In this document: in pieces, positions 1 to 8,785 of the stretch | Layout: each line of letters begins with the position of its first letter | How positions within the stretch are numbered: the first letter of the stretch is position 1 | Sequence record: NC_042100.1 | DNA length: 64,000 bases | Reading direction: 5' to 3' (one strand) | Translations under genes and position numbers: made by a program | Notes under the pieces: model-generated | The model's input: only the letters and a program-made list of their open reading frames with translations | The model's database searches: none | What the model was told of the DNA's origin: nothing

Positions 1-2547
1 CTCGTTAAGTAAGGAGAACATACCACCCTCTTTACCTTTGTTCATGATATCATCGAAAGGTGTTGGGACATTGAACAGTTTAAACGCTCGGTAACGGATT
101 ACTGCTGCAAACTGACTTTCCAGTTCATCAGGACTCAGTTTTTCACTGTCGATATTCAATCGTTCCAGCAGTGGACCCATTAACCCTTTCGCCGCAGACA
201 TCGACACCACTTTCTCAGACCATTCCTCGGCTAACTCCATTTTCTCTTTGATCTTAGTCACCGACTCCATTGTTGTTGGACGTGGTAAAGAAACAAAGAA
301 GTTTTGAAGGAAGTCGTTTAAGATCACCATGACTTTCTCTTGTTTGTCACCTTCGATCTTAGCTTTAGAATCCGGCACCAATAACTTTTCCGGTGCGTCC
401 AGAATCGTGTCCACCAAACGGTTCATCACCGGTTCGTTAACTAGGGCATTCTTACGAATAATGTCGGTTAACATTTCGGCAAGTTGGGTTTGATACATGA
501 TCGTTTGGTTGCACAATGTTTCTTGTTCAGCCAATGCTTCGATCTGGAAGTTATTCCCGTTTTCATCTCGTTCATCTAACCAACTGCGAGGCAAACCATA
601 AGTGTTGGCAATGGAAGACAGCAAATACTGACGAGAATCTTCATCAACACGCTTAAACGAAGTACGGTCGATTTGGTTCACCTGCATTTGTGGTGCAGTG
701 ACAAATTTGTTATCACCTGCTTCCACACGGATTAACAAAGATTGTTCTTTTAACGCATCCACAATCATCGGCATCGATAACGTACCAGATGAAATCAGGT
801 TATGAACCGTAGGATTCGATTTAAAGAACTCATAACGCGCCATAGAGATCGTTAAGTCTGGGTCGGTGTCCTGAGCTTCTAACGCCACCACGAGCTCGTT
901 ACGTGTTTGAGCGTTATCTAGTTGTGCTAGTGCATCTGCAACATCCAATGCCGCTAGACGTGCGATGAAGTCTTTTGCTTGTGTAGTTAACGACTCACCA
1001 ATACCTAGACGGTTGTACTGGAACGCCATATAAGTGAAGTAACACTCAGGAATGTAAAGTACTCGTGTGCGTTGTTGCTGGAAAGCACGTTCTAGGAAGA
1101 GCTTCAGCACATCTTCTTCCAAATCGATTGAAACGTCCGAACCATCGCTTCCTGACCATACCGCTTGGTAAAGTTCTTTCTCAATTTGTGACTTCGCGAT
1201 CATTGCAAATTCACTCATATCAAAATCACACTCACCTCCGCTTTGGACTTTACGTAAGTTAGCGACCAATGAGTTAGTTGACGTACCAGTTGGTTTGTCG
1301 TCAATCTTATTGGCTTGGGCACTCAATGACTGGTAGAATCGGTAATCCTTACTCATTTTCAGGAACTCACCGTTTTCATCCAACAATGCATAACCACCAC
1401 GGAGGCGATTAACGTCACCATGAACGTGTACTGGAATGAAACAATCACTCGGAAGATGGTAACCTAAAGGAGTTCCCCAAGGCGCTTGACTGTAAACTCT
1501 TGGCGCGCGTAAAGATTGCGCGGCTTTAGTTGCATAACTGCGATCACCCGGCATAACTTGTTGCAGAGCTTCTTGTTGCGCTAAACCAAGGTTTGCGGTT
1601 TTAGCACCCGGGTTAGGTTGCTTAGTCTTCTTGCTCTTTTCTTTATCAGCACTACTCAGTACGTCGGTTTTAGCCATACGGTTAGCAACGTAACTCTGGA
1701 TGGACTCATTACCCTGAATACCGTTTAATCGTTCCTTGATACGCTGACGCATGTTTTGGACAGCTAACACACTGACGTTATCTGTTACCGTAATGCCGAA
1801 TTTCTCATCAATGATGGGGAACTCATAATCGTCTTCACCAGAACCATCGTTCCAGATAGCTTCCATACCAGTTACTTTATCGTCTACCGCTTTTGGATTT
1901 TTAACAAATCCAATGTTCTTGGCTAACATCACCGACTTATCATTTAACGTGGTTTGTTTGAACACGTTATTGATTTCTCTTTCAACCGACTCACGGTATT
2001 GTTGTTTGGTGAAGCTTTCGTTACCTTCAACGATCTGATTGCCGTTAATGATGTTGTCAAGCGCAGGACGAGTGATGTTTAGCTTTACGTAACTACCACT
2101 ACCAATTAATAAGTCAGAGACCATATTTGGTAGTTCACGCTCGATTTTATAGTCGTTGGTGTAGTACTCACTCAAGACCCTTAGCAAGCTATCATGCAAT
2201 TTAGTGTTTTTGTATTCACTGTTGTTCGAGTCGTACTCCAGAATGTTTTTCGTTGCACCGTTAGGGTGTAAGATCAACGTTTTCCAAATTACTTCAGCCT
2301 TGGTAATATAAGGTGTGATTTTCTTAAGGTCAACGTTAGCGTTGATCGTATTGGCGATAATGTCGCCTAGACTCTTTAGCTTACGACCTTCAACCCGACG
2401 AAGTTGTTCCTCTTCGGTACCGGTACCCTCGGATCGAGTTTCTGCTACCCGAACGTTAAGTATTGCTTCTAGTGGTTTAGGGACACGCGATAGCGACTTA
2501 CGTAGTTCCGTAAGGTCGACTCGAGTATTACCTCTCGTTTGTTTCAT
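1..2547 (-). CDS. Portal protein, phiKZ gp129-like (3' end runs off the window; >=849 aa)
   Basis: Absent from the ORF track because it has no stop in the window. Manual translation of the minus frame from ATG 2547 (SD GAGGG) found no stop in the stretches checked. Contains HLPSDCFIPVHVHGDVNRLRGGYALLDENG and GLPRSWLD, which resemble phiKZ-type portals; divergent from a ~700-aa structural gene as in phiKZ gp129/gp128. Confidence 0.7.
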   Translation of the reverse strand, partial: MKQTRGNTRVDLTELRKSLSRVPKPLEAILNVRVAETRSEGTGTEEEQLRRVEGRKLKSLGDIIANTINANVDLKKITPYITKAEVIWKTLILHPNGATKNILEYDSNNSEYKNTKLHDSLLRVLSEYYTNDYKIERELPNMVSDLLIGSGSYVKLNITRPALDNIINGNQIVEGNESFTKQQYRESVEREINNVFKQTTLNDKSVMLAKNIGFVKNPKAVDDKVTGMEAIWNDGSGEDDYEFPIIDEKFGITVTDNVSVLAVQNMRQRIKERLNGIQGNESIQSYVANRMAKTDVLSSADKEKSKKTKQPNPGAKTANLGLAQQEALQQVMPGDRSYATKAAQSLRAPRVYSQAPWGTPLGYHLPSDCFIPVHVHGDVNRLRGGYALLDENGEFLKMSKDYRFYQSLSAQANKIDDKPTGTSTNSLVANLRKVQSGGECDFDMSEFAMIAKSQIEKELYQAVWSGSDGSDVSIDLEEDVLKLFLERAFQQQRTRVLYIPECYFTYMAFQYNRLGIGESLTTQAKDFIARLAALDVADALAQLDNAQTRNELVVALEAQDTDPDLTISMARYEFFKSNPTVHNLISSGTLSMPMIVDALKEQSLLIRVEAGDNKFVTAPQMQVNQIDRTSFKRVDEDSRQYLLSSIANTYGLPRSWLDERDENGNNFQIEALAEQETLCNQTIMYQTQLAEMLTDIIRKNALVNEPVMNRLVDTILDAPEKLLVPDSKAKIEGDKQEKVMVILNDFLQNFFVSLPRPTTMESVTKIKEKMELAEEWSEKVVSMSAAKGLMGPLLERLNIDSEKLSPDELESQFAAVIRYRAFKLFNVPTPFDDIMNKGKEGGMFSLLNE

Positions 2548-2567
2548 AACACCCTCTTGGATAAACT

Positions 2568-4679
2568 ATGGAAAATATTGAATTTAACGCCCACGTGGAG
2601 AGCGTACTCAGTTTGATGCGTACGTTGGTTATAAAGTGTGAAGCCATCGGCGTCACCGATAACCGTCTCCTCGCAGAAGCGGGGTACCCGGTGTCTCAAG
2701 ATAAGCGCAAGTGGCGTTATTATCTCAATATGACCGGGGAATACCACGAGACTGATGAACCCATGTACGTAGCCTCCATCGATAATGGAGAGCAGATTTT
2801 GTTCAGTAAAGTTAACCTTGATATTCACTTGGCAACACGCCGAGCGTATCAACCGGGTTCTTACTGGTATAAACGATTGACCGAAGAACACCCGGGTCAA
2901 ATCGATTTAATCAACGGGATCATAGACCCCATAAATATGGAGGACGCGATCGCTGCTGAAGACTATAAGATCTTACGCTACAATAAAGATTTAATCGAAA
3001 CTAATGAAGATCAACTAATCCCCGGTTTACAACAATGGATCAATGCGTACACACAACGTCACTTTAAGACGGATTACATGTACACAGAAAACCTACAGCT
3101 ACCTATAGACTTGGCGACGATGTACGGTTTAATGATTCCACTGGTACTGATATTAAGATTAGAAGCATTTGGTACGCGTAATGTTTCTGATTACCATGTT
3201 TGGAATCGTCTCAATTCTTACGGGGACTTCCGGACTTATCGTGCCGGGTTAGGTCAAACCCAGAAAATGTGGTTATACCGTAACATCGAGTACTTAAGAA
3301 ATAACCTCGGTAAGAACTTTACCTTAGAGCAACTCATCTCAAACTTATTGACACCAGAGTCTATTCCGATCTTTCATTATCGTTCTATTATCAACACTGA
3401 GCAGATGGAAACTGACCAAGGTCAACCAGAAGGGTTGTTCGTTAAAGAACGACTTAACTTCAAAGAACTCGAATACGACACCGGGGAACGTTTCACTAAC
3501 TCTCAATTGTTGTCATTTGAGGAGCCAATGGCGAGAGACAATGCTCTACTCAAAGCATATCATGAAGTGCTTGTTGAACCTGAGTCCAAAGAAACGACTT
3601 TTAATGATCTAAGTACTAAGGTGTTGGACTCCACTATGGAGGACTACACCAACCGTCATGACGATACATTAATGAAAACGTTGTTCCATGAATGGATTTA
3701 CACCAGTAAACACAAACTGTATGAATCTATCGTGGACTTCATAGACCCACTCAACGGTAATCATGTGCGTTTGAATACTCATGATGCTCTGATCTACTGG
3801 CAGTTGTTATTGCGTTCTTATCTAGGCACGCCGGTTGAAGTCATTGAACCGTTCTGGTTCCAATGGGTGATGACTAAGGACTTACGTGACTTTGATACCT
3901 TCCGAGCCGCTGGTCCATCACCTGCACTTCATGATTCGGTAGTGATTGATATCCGTAAACAATGGGTGCCTAAGCTCAAAGTAATTTCCCCAGATGCATT
4001 CTTTGATCAGTGCTTTACCATTCATCAAGCAAAATGGAAAGCTAAGAAAATCTATTCACAGCATGATGAACTGTATCAACATGCTTACACCAAAGAATGT
4101 GTTCGTCGTTTGTATGACCATGGTGTCTATTACCTTCATGACCCAGCGGTTCACCCTAGTGCACAGTCTTGGTTAGATGATAAAGAACTCCACCTAGGGG
4201 ACTACAGTAAATCAGAGTTGATCGAGCTATGTTGGGAGATCTTCACTAAAGCCACTGGCTGGGATGTCAAGGGTGTAGTTTCCTTACGACAGATTCAATC
4301 TAACTTAGTTTCTTTGATGACTGACCTGAGTTCTTACACCATTCAAATCCTAAAGGATATTGATGACGGTAATACGACGGCGGAAAATACGGATAACGTT
4401 CACCTAGGACTCACTGGGGATAACCAAATGAGTAACGTGGGTGATTACCTTGCTAATCCTCTAGTGCCGGTAGACATCCATGCAGTACCTTTGGCAGCAA
4501 TGAATGAATACCTGATTACAATCGACGACCGAAACCATGACGTTAAACTTTCTGGTTCCACTCTTCATAATGGAAATCTTAACGTCGATGTTGGAGTAAC
4601 AGAAATCCCACGAGATCAAGTCGCTAATCTACGTGTCCCAGTTTCAGTGGGTGTGAGAGAAGCTACTTGGGCTTACTAA
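2568..4679 (+). CDS. Virion structural protein, probable baseplate component (phiKZ gp128-like), 703 aa
   Basis: Long ORF; size and position next to the portal match phiKZ-like synteny (recalled, not searched). Confidence 0.55.
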   Translation: MENIEFNAHVESVLSLMRTLVIKCEAIGVTDNRLLAEAGYPVSQDKRKWRYYLNMTGEYHETDEPMYVASIDNGEQILFSKVNLDIHLATRRAYQPGSYWYKRLTEEHPGQIDLINGIIDPINMEDAIAAEDYKILRYNKDLIETNEDQLIPGLQQWINAYTQRHFKTDYMYTENLQLPIDLATMYGLMIPLVLILRLEAFGTRNVSDYHVWNRLNSYGDFRTYRAGLGQTQKMWLYRNIEYLRNNLGKNFTLEQLISNLLTPESIPIFHYRSIINTEQMETDQGQPEGLFVKERLNFKELEYDTGERFTNSQLLSFEEPMARDNALLKAYHEVLVEPESKETTFNDLSTKVLDSTMEDYTNRHDDTLMKTLFHEWIYTSKHKLYESIVDFIDPLNGNHVRLNTHDALIYWQLLLRSYLGTPVEVIEPFWFQWVMTKDLRDFDTFRAAGPSPALHDSVVIDIRKQWVPKLKVISPDAFFDQCFTIHQAKWKAKKIYSQHDELYQHAYTKECVRRLYDHGVYYLHDPAVHPSAQSWLDDKELHLGDYSKSELIELCWEIFTKATGWDVKGVVSLRQIQSNLVSLMTDLSSYTIQILKDIDDGNTTAENTDNVHLGLTGDNQMSNVGDYLANPLVPVDIHAVPLAAMNEYLITIDDRNHDVKLSGSTLHNGNLNVDVGVTEIPRDQVANLRVPVSVGVREATWAY

Positions 4680-4738
4680 TTACTAACCTTATAATGGTAT
4701 GTAAACTATTATAATTTTGATCAAAAGGATCTTTACAC

Positions 4739-5653
4739 ATGGCTAACCAAAACGACCTGATCCGAGAATCAGATAACTCTCGTGTTCCGGCGCAAATGGT
4801 ATCCACTCAACCGATGGGTACCAACATCATGATTGCTAAGGCGACCAACAAACAACTAAACATACCGCCTAACACGACATTAAACGAACACCACGAAATC
4901 GAAGTGAATAACTCGTTGGGTGTTAAGAACGGTCAAGACTTTGTATTGGGTTACTTTGGTGTAGGTATCAAAGGCTATCAGGTAGTGGGTAACCACCCGA
5001 TCACCCAAGTTCCGGTGAATTATACCAACCAACACCAGCCATTCGATCAAAACCTGTTCTACTCTATCCCTTTGTGTGCTCGTCCTCTAGACGACGACCT
5101 CAACGAACAAGAGCGTGAAAAATACCGTATCCGCACGATTAAGATCTTAGACGGTGTCCCGACCGCACTTTACTGGTTGATGAAAACTGGGATGAGTGAA
5201 TTCAATCCTAAGACTAAGCGTGCTTACCGTAAACCAGACACCGGTAACGAAGTTCCGGAAGATTACGTGTACCGACCAGAGTCACTTAACCCTGAACCAA
5301 TCGCATTGTCTTCAAACGGAACGGTTCCACTGTCAAACACATACTTGACATCTTCTGGTTTGATGGACTTATCACTCAATGGGACTGCGTTAGAAGAACT
5401 CCGTAACGTATGTCGTTTGATGTTTGGTGATCCTTCACTGGCCGCGGTATCAGAATACCAAATCGTGTGGGGTATCGAATCCACAACCGAAGGGCAAGGT
5501 CCGGGTGGTACAACGTTCCGTCACAAAGAGTTGATCTCAGCAGTAACTCAATACGTTATTTCTGAACGTCATGCTCGTGATGCTAACTCTAACGGCGATA
5601 TCGTCCTTAAATATGACTTGGGTGCCGCTTACCCAATGTTGTTAGAAGAATAA
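4739..5653 (+). CDS. Conserved virion structural protein (phiKZ gp127-like), 304 aa
   Basis: SD AAGGA upstream; co-oriented with the baseplate gene; synteny. Confidence 0.45.
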   Translation: MANQNDLIRESDNSRVPAQMVSTQPMGTNIMIAKATNKQLNIPPNTTLNEHHEIEVNNSLGVKNGQDFVLGYFGVGIKGYQVVGNHPITQVPVNYTNQHQPFDQNLFYSIPLCARPLDDDLNEQEREKYRIRTIKILDGVPTALYWLMKTGMSEFNPKTKRAYRKPDTGNEVPEDYVYRPESLNPEPIALSSNGTVPLSNTYLTSSGLMDLSLNGTALEELRNVCRLMFGDPSLAAVSEYQIVWGIESTTEGQGPGGTTFRHKELISAVTQYVISERHARDANSNGDIVLKYDLGAAYPMLLEE

Positions 5654-6255
5654 TGGAAACACTTCCACTCCCAGAAGGGTGGATACGTTCTATAGCGATA
5701 GACCCATCCACCTCCCGGATGGGGATGTCTATTATTGACGTCAATCTCGAACAACCGGAACGTTTTAAATTACAATGGGTGGAAACCATCCATGGTGATA
5801 AAATGGAACATTTTGGTTCAACGAACTATGACGATGACGGTGCAGTGCAATCCCGCATACTGGGGTTGTCTAAAGCGTACCGCAAACTATTAGACTTCTT
5901 TAACCCTACGGTAGCGGCGTGTGAAGATAACTTCTTAGGGGCATCTCCAGATACCTTTAAGAGACTTATCGAAGCGGTCTCATTGCTGCGTACTGAAACT
6001 GAGAATTATGGGAACGGGCTCTACATGGTGAACGTTCCACCTCGGGCGGCTAAGGAAACCGTTGGGGCCAACTTTAAGGGTACACAAAAAGAAGACGTGA
6101 CCAAAGGTATTAAGAAATACGAAAATATTGACCTTAACGGACACGACTTGGATTTGCTGGATGAACACTCGATCGATGCTATAGCGATAAACTTAAATTT
6201 GTGTGAGCGTATCGCTAAAGATCGAGGTAAATTCCATGACACAAAAAATACCTGA
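5653..6255 (+). CDS. ruvC: RuvC-like Holliday junction resolvase
   Basis: RNase H-fold acidic motifs IAIDPSTSRMG, ACEDNF and EHSIDAIAI, plus AKETVGANFKGTQKEDV; start overlaps the upstream stop. Confidence 0.8.
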   Translation: METLPLPEGWIRSIAIDPSTSRMGMSIIDVNLEQPERFKLQWVETIHGDKMEHFGSTNYDDDGAVQSRILGLSKAYRKLLDFFNPTVAACEDNFLGASPDTFKRLIEAVSLLRTETENYGNGLYMVNVPPRAAKETVGANFKGTQKEDVTKGIKKYENIDLNGHDLDLLDEHSIDAIAINLNLCERIAKDRGKFHDTKNT

Positions 6256-6589
6256 ACGTAATGATCATTTAGATACGGCAGAAGGTGTGGTGCTAGGAAA
6301 GTGGGGAACACGTATTCGAACATTTTGTGGTATCATTGCGGTACTCACGACGTGTTGGGTTTCGTATTCTGGTATGGCCTCTATTGTCGAGTCAGTGAAA
6401 GCTGGTAAAGGTTGGCCTAGTGACATGACGATCTTTTTGTTCGTCTTTGGCCCTGTGGCTATTGCTTGGCAATACATGAGTGTAAACAAACTGTTATCCC
6501 TACTCTTTTCATCCGATGCCCAGAACGCTGTAAAGATCAAAGATCGTTTACGGGGGTTTATTGATCCCGACCCTCCTAATAAACCATAA
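6236..6589 (+). CDS. Two-TM membrane protein, holin candidate (117 aa)
   Basis: Start moved to ATG 6236 (SD GAGGT). Two hydrophobic segments (FCGIIAVLTTCWVSYSGMA; TIFLFVFGPVAIAWQY) and a charged C-tail; next to the spanin pair. Confidence 0.45.
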   Translation: MTQKIPERNDHLDTAEGVVLGKWGTRIRTFCGIIAVLTTCWVSYSGMASIVESVKAGKGWPSDMTIFLFVFGPVAIAWQYMSVNKLLSLLFSSDAQNAVKIKDRLRGFIDPDPPNKP

Positions 6590-6595
6590 CCGAAC

Positions 6596-6628
6596 ATAAC
6601 TCCCTACCCACTGAGGGTAGGGAGTTAT
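6596..6628. terminator. Bidirectional intrinsic terminator
   Basis: 14-bp inverted repeat ATAACTCCCTACCC-actga-GGGTAGGGAGTTAT between convergent genes. Confidence 0.85.
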
Positions 6629-6636
6629 TATTGCTT

Positions 6637-7077
6637 TTATTCTTCTTCACTGTCTGGGGGCTTGGAATCCAGTATCGCGTAAATACGATTCAATGTCTTC
6701 AACAATGACTGGATAGTAACCTTAGCCCCATAGAGTTCTTCAGATCTTTGGTCTGAACGATTGGCAAGTTCAATAGTGTACACTATACTCGCGTAGTGAC
6801 ACTCCCTCGGAACTAAATCACCTTCGCATTTATTAGAACTCAAGAAAGTCTGGAGTGCCAATAACTCACTCGGACTTAACTTTGGAGGGTTCTCCTTTAA
6901 ATAGGGAGGAATGTCTAAGACGCTACTCCTTAATGCACCGACGTTGGCTCGCACGATATCCATCTTAGCAACTTCGGCGTTGACTTTTAGTTGTGCGCTA
7001 CCTTCCTGAAAAGAAGGCTTGGTGGAGCAGCCAGTTAATAACATGATCGCCATCACAACAACGACCAATAATCCCAT
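6637..7077 (-). CDS. Lipoprotein, o-spanin (Rz1-like) candidate
   Basis: Start at ATG 7077 gives MGLLVVVVMAIMLLTG|C, a signal peptide II with lipobox; Pro-rich segment IPPYLKENPP; begins 1 nt after the i-spanin stop. Confidence 0.65.
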   Translation of the reverse strand: MGLLVVVVMAIMLLTGCSTKPSFQEGSAQLKVNAEVAKMDIVRANVGALRSSVLDIPPYLKENPPKLSPSELLALQTFLSSNKCEGDLVPRECHYASIVYTIELANRSDQRSEELYGAKVTIQSLLKTLNRIYAILDSKPPDSEEE

Positions 7078-7078
7078 G

Positions 7079-7468
7079 TTAACCTTCAGGCCGAGGGACT
7101 TCAGTAACCGGATCGTGCTCCACATCTTTATTAGTGGACCCACTAGGTATTACTCCTTTCATTTCTAATTGATACTCGTCCATCATGGACTGGTAACTTT
7201 CACGACGAACACCTTTTTTCTCTTCGAGAAATCGTTCTAACTCAAGATTACTCCTTTTATTCTCTTCCAATATCACTCGAGACTCTTTGTTGATTTGTTC
7301 AAAGGTCTTCATGATATCTTCTAGCTGAGCAATGGTTTCCTTTGACATACCTTCGTCTTTGTCAAAGAACATACCACCTAAGTTTGTGAGCAAGGTCAGT
7401 AATAACAACCCAACGATTGTACCGAACTGCACCGTTGTCCAAGTCATACGTTTATCTTGATCGGGCAT
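7079..7468 (-). CDS. Single-pass membrane coiled-coil protein, i-spanin (Rz-like) candidate
   Basis: N-terminal TM (FGTIVGLLLLTLLTNLGGMF), then a charged helical region; directly upstream of the lipoprotein. Confidence 0.6.
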   Translation of the reverse strand: MPDQDKRMTWTTVQFGTIVGLLLLTLLTNLGGMFFDKDEGMSKETIAQLEDIMKTFEQINKESRVILEENKRSNLELERFLEEKKGVRRESYQSMMDEYQLEMKGVIPSGSTNKDVEHDPVTEVPRPEG

Positions 7469-7471
7469 AAT

Positions 7472-8707
7472 TTACATGTCCTTAAATATCGAGTAAATTT
7501 TGAAGTGATAAGCTTCAACACTATGGTGAGGTTCGTACCAGTTGACTTTGTCATGGAACAACCCCCCACCGTTCTCAGAGCCTGTGGAGTAATCCGTTGA
7601 GATATCGATATATCGGACATCGAAGTCTAGTAACCTTCTGCCTGCGCCTAAGCGATGACGGTAAGTAGGGAACCGTCCGTCAGACAACATCACCGGGTGG
7701 TGAAACTGATCTTCAGTCGCAAATGTGGTGGGGAAAGTATAAGTTTCTAGAGGTTCAACATCCACACCCATGTAAGGGTTGGACATATAGATAATGAAGC
7801 TGTTGAAATTAAGCAACAGTTCCTCTATCACATCGGATCGCTCTAAGAGCTCCGCTTCGACAACACCGCTACGGCAATTTGCGACATTGTCCAAGTCGAT
7901 ATGCTTAGCTCCCTTGACTAACAAGCGACCTAAGTCTAAAGCACGTAAATCTAGTCGGAAGCTGTGCTTCCCTACTTTAGTCACAGCTGGGTCACCGCAG
8001 ATCAATTTACCACCAATGACTAACCACACTGTTTCTTCTAAAATAGGACGATCAACAGTAATGAGTACGGAATGACTCTTACCATCAATGTCAAGTTGTT
8101 CTTTTTCAAACGGAACCGTTTCGATGGAACTGATCCCTTTAAAGTCCAACGCACCCACATGTCCTTTGTCATCAATGCGGAAGTTACGCCCACCGCCAAC
8201 TAAGTAGATGCCATCCGGTCTCCCCACACCACGGATAAAGTAACCGTTGTATGTAAACAGCGTAGTCTTAACAAATTCTTGGTAATTGGGATTCGCTGAA
8301 ACAATATGTTTCAGTTTAAGGTCAACGGCACCGGCGTTCGTTATTTGAGGCTGACGACCCGCAGCGAAATCCAACCGTCCCGGTAAGACCACGTAGCCGG
8401 CTTGTTGCATGTCCTCCATACGGACGTAGTTATAGGTTTCTCCGATCTTACCTAAGTAAACCTTTAATGGGATGCGCTCTTTTGTATCTAACCAGTCTTG
8501 GATGCTACCGTGGAAGTATAAAGCTTCACTTCTATATTCCCCCATGTCTACGGTGATTTCTTTTAATAACAATGCGTCGTAAACAGTGATGAACAAAGCA
8601 CGAGTTTTTTCCATTACCGAGCTTAACTTAGCGTTTTCGATTTTAAGTGGCTGTAGACCCGCCAAGTCCCCTTGGTAGGCACCAATACAGCGTCGGTACA
8701 GATACAT
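7472..8707 (-). CDS. Virion structural protein (phiKZ gp130-like), 411 aa
   Basis: SD AGGAG; size and divergent position next to the tail-fibre cluster match phiKZ-like synteny. Confidence 0.5.
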   Translation of the reverse strand: MYLYRRCIGAYQGDLAGLQPLKIENAKLSSVMEKTRALFITVYDALLLKEITVDMGEYRSEALYFHGSIQDWLDTKERIPLKVYLGKIGETYNYVRMEDMQQAGYVVLPGRLDFAAGRQPQITNAGAVDLKLKHIVSANPNYQEFVKTTLFTYNGYFIRGVGRPDGIYLVGGGRNFRIDDKGHVGALDFKGISSIETVPFEKEQLDIDGKSHSVLITVDRPILEETVWLVIGGKLICGDPAVTKVGKHSFRLDLRALDLGRLLVKGAKHIDLDNVANCRSGVVEAELLERSDVIEELLLNFNSFIIYMSNPYMGVDVEPLETYTFPTTFATEDQFHHPVMLSDGRFPTYRHRLGAGRRLLDFDVRYIDISTDYSTGSENGGGLFHDKVNWYEPHHSVEAYHFKIYSIFKDM

Positions 8708-8785
8708 TATACAAATCTCCTTGGTGAATTCTATAGAATCGTTACGTTACTTGTGCGATTTGACACTAACATAAGGCCTTTTGTT

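Noticed and set aside
1065-2900. Track ORFs 1065-1262, 2315-2581 and 2544-2900
   Set aside because: Shadow ORFs overlapping the portal and baseplate genes; no SD and atypical composition.
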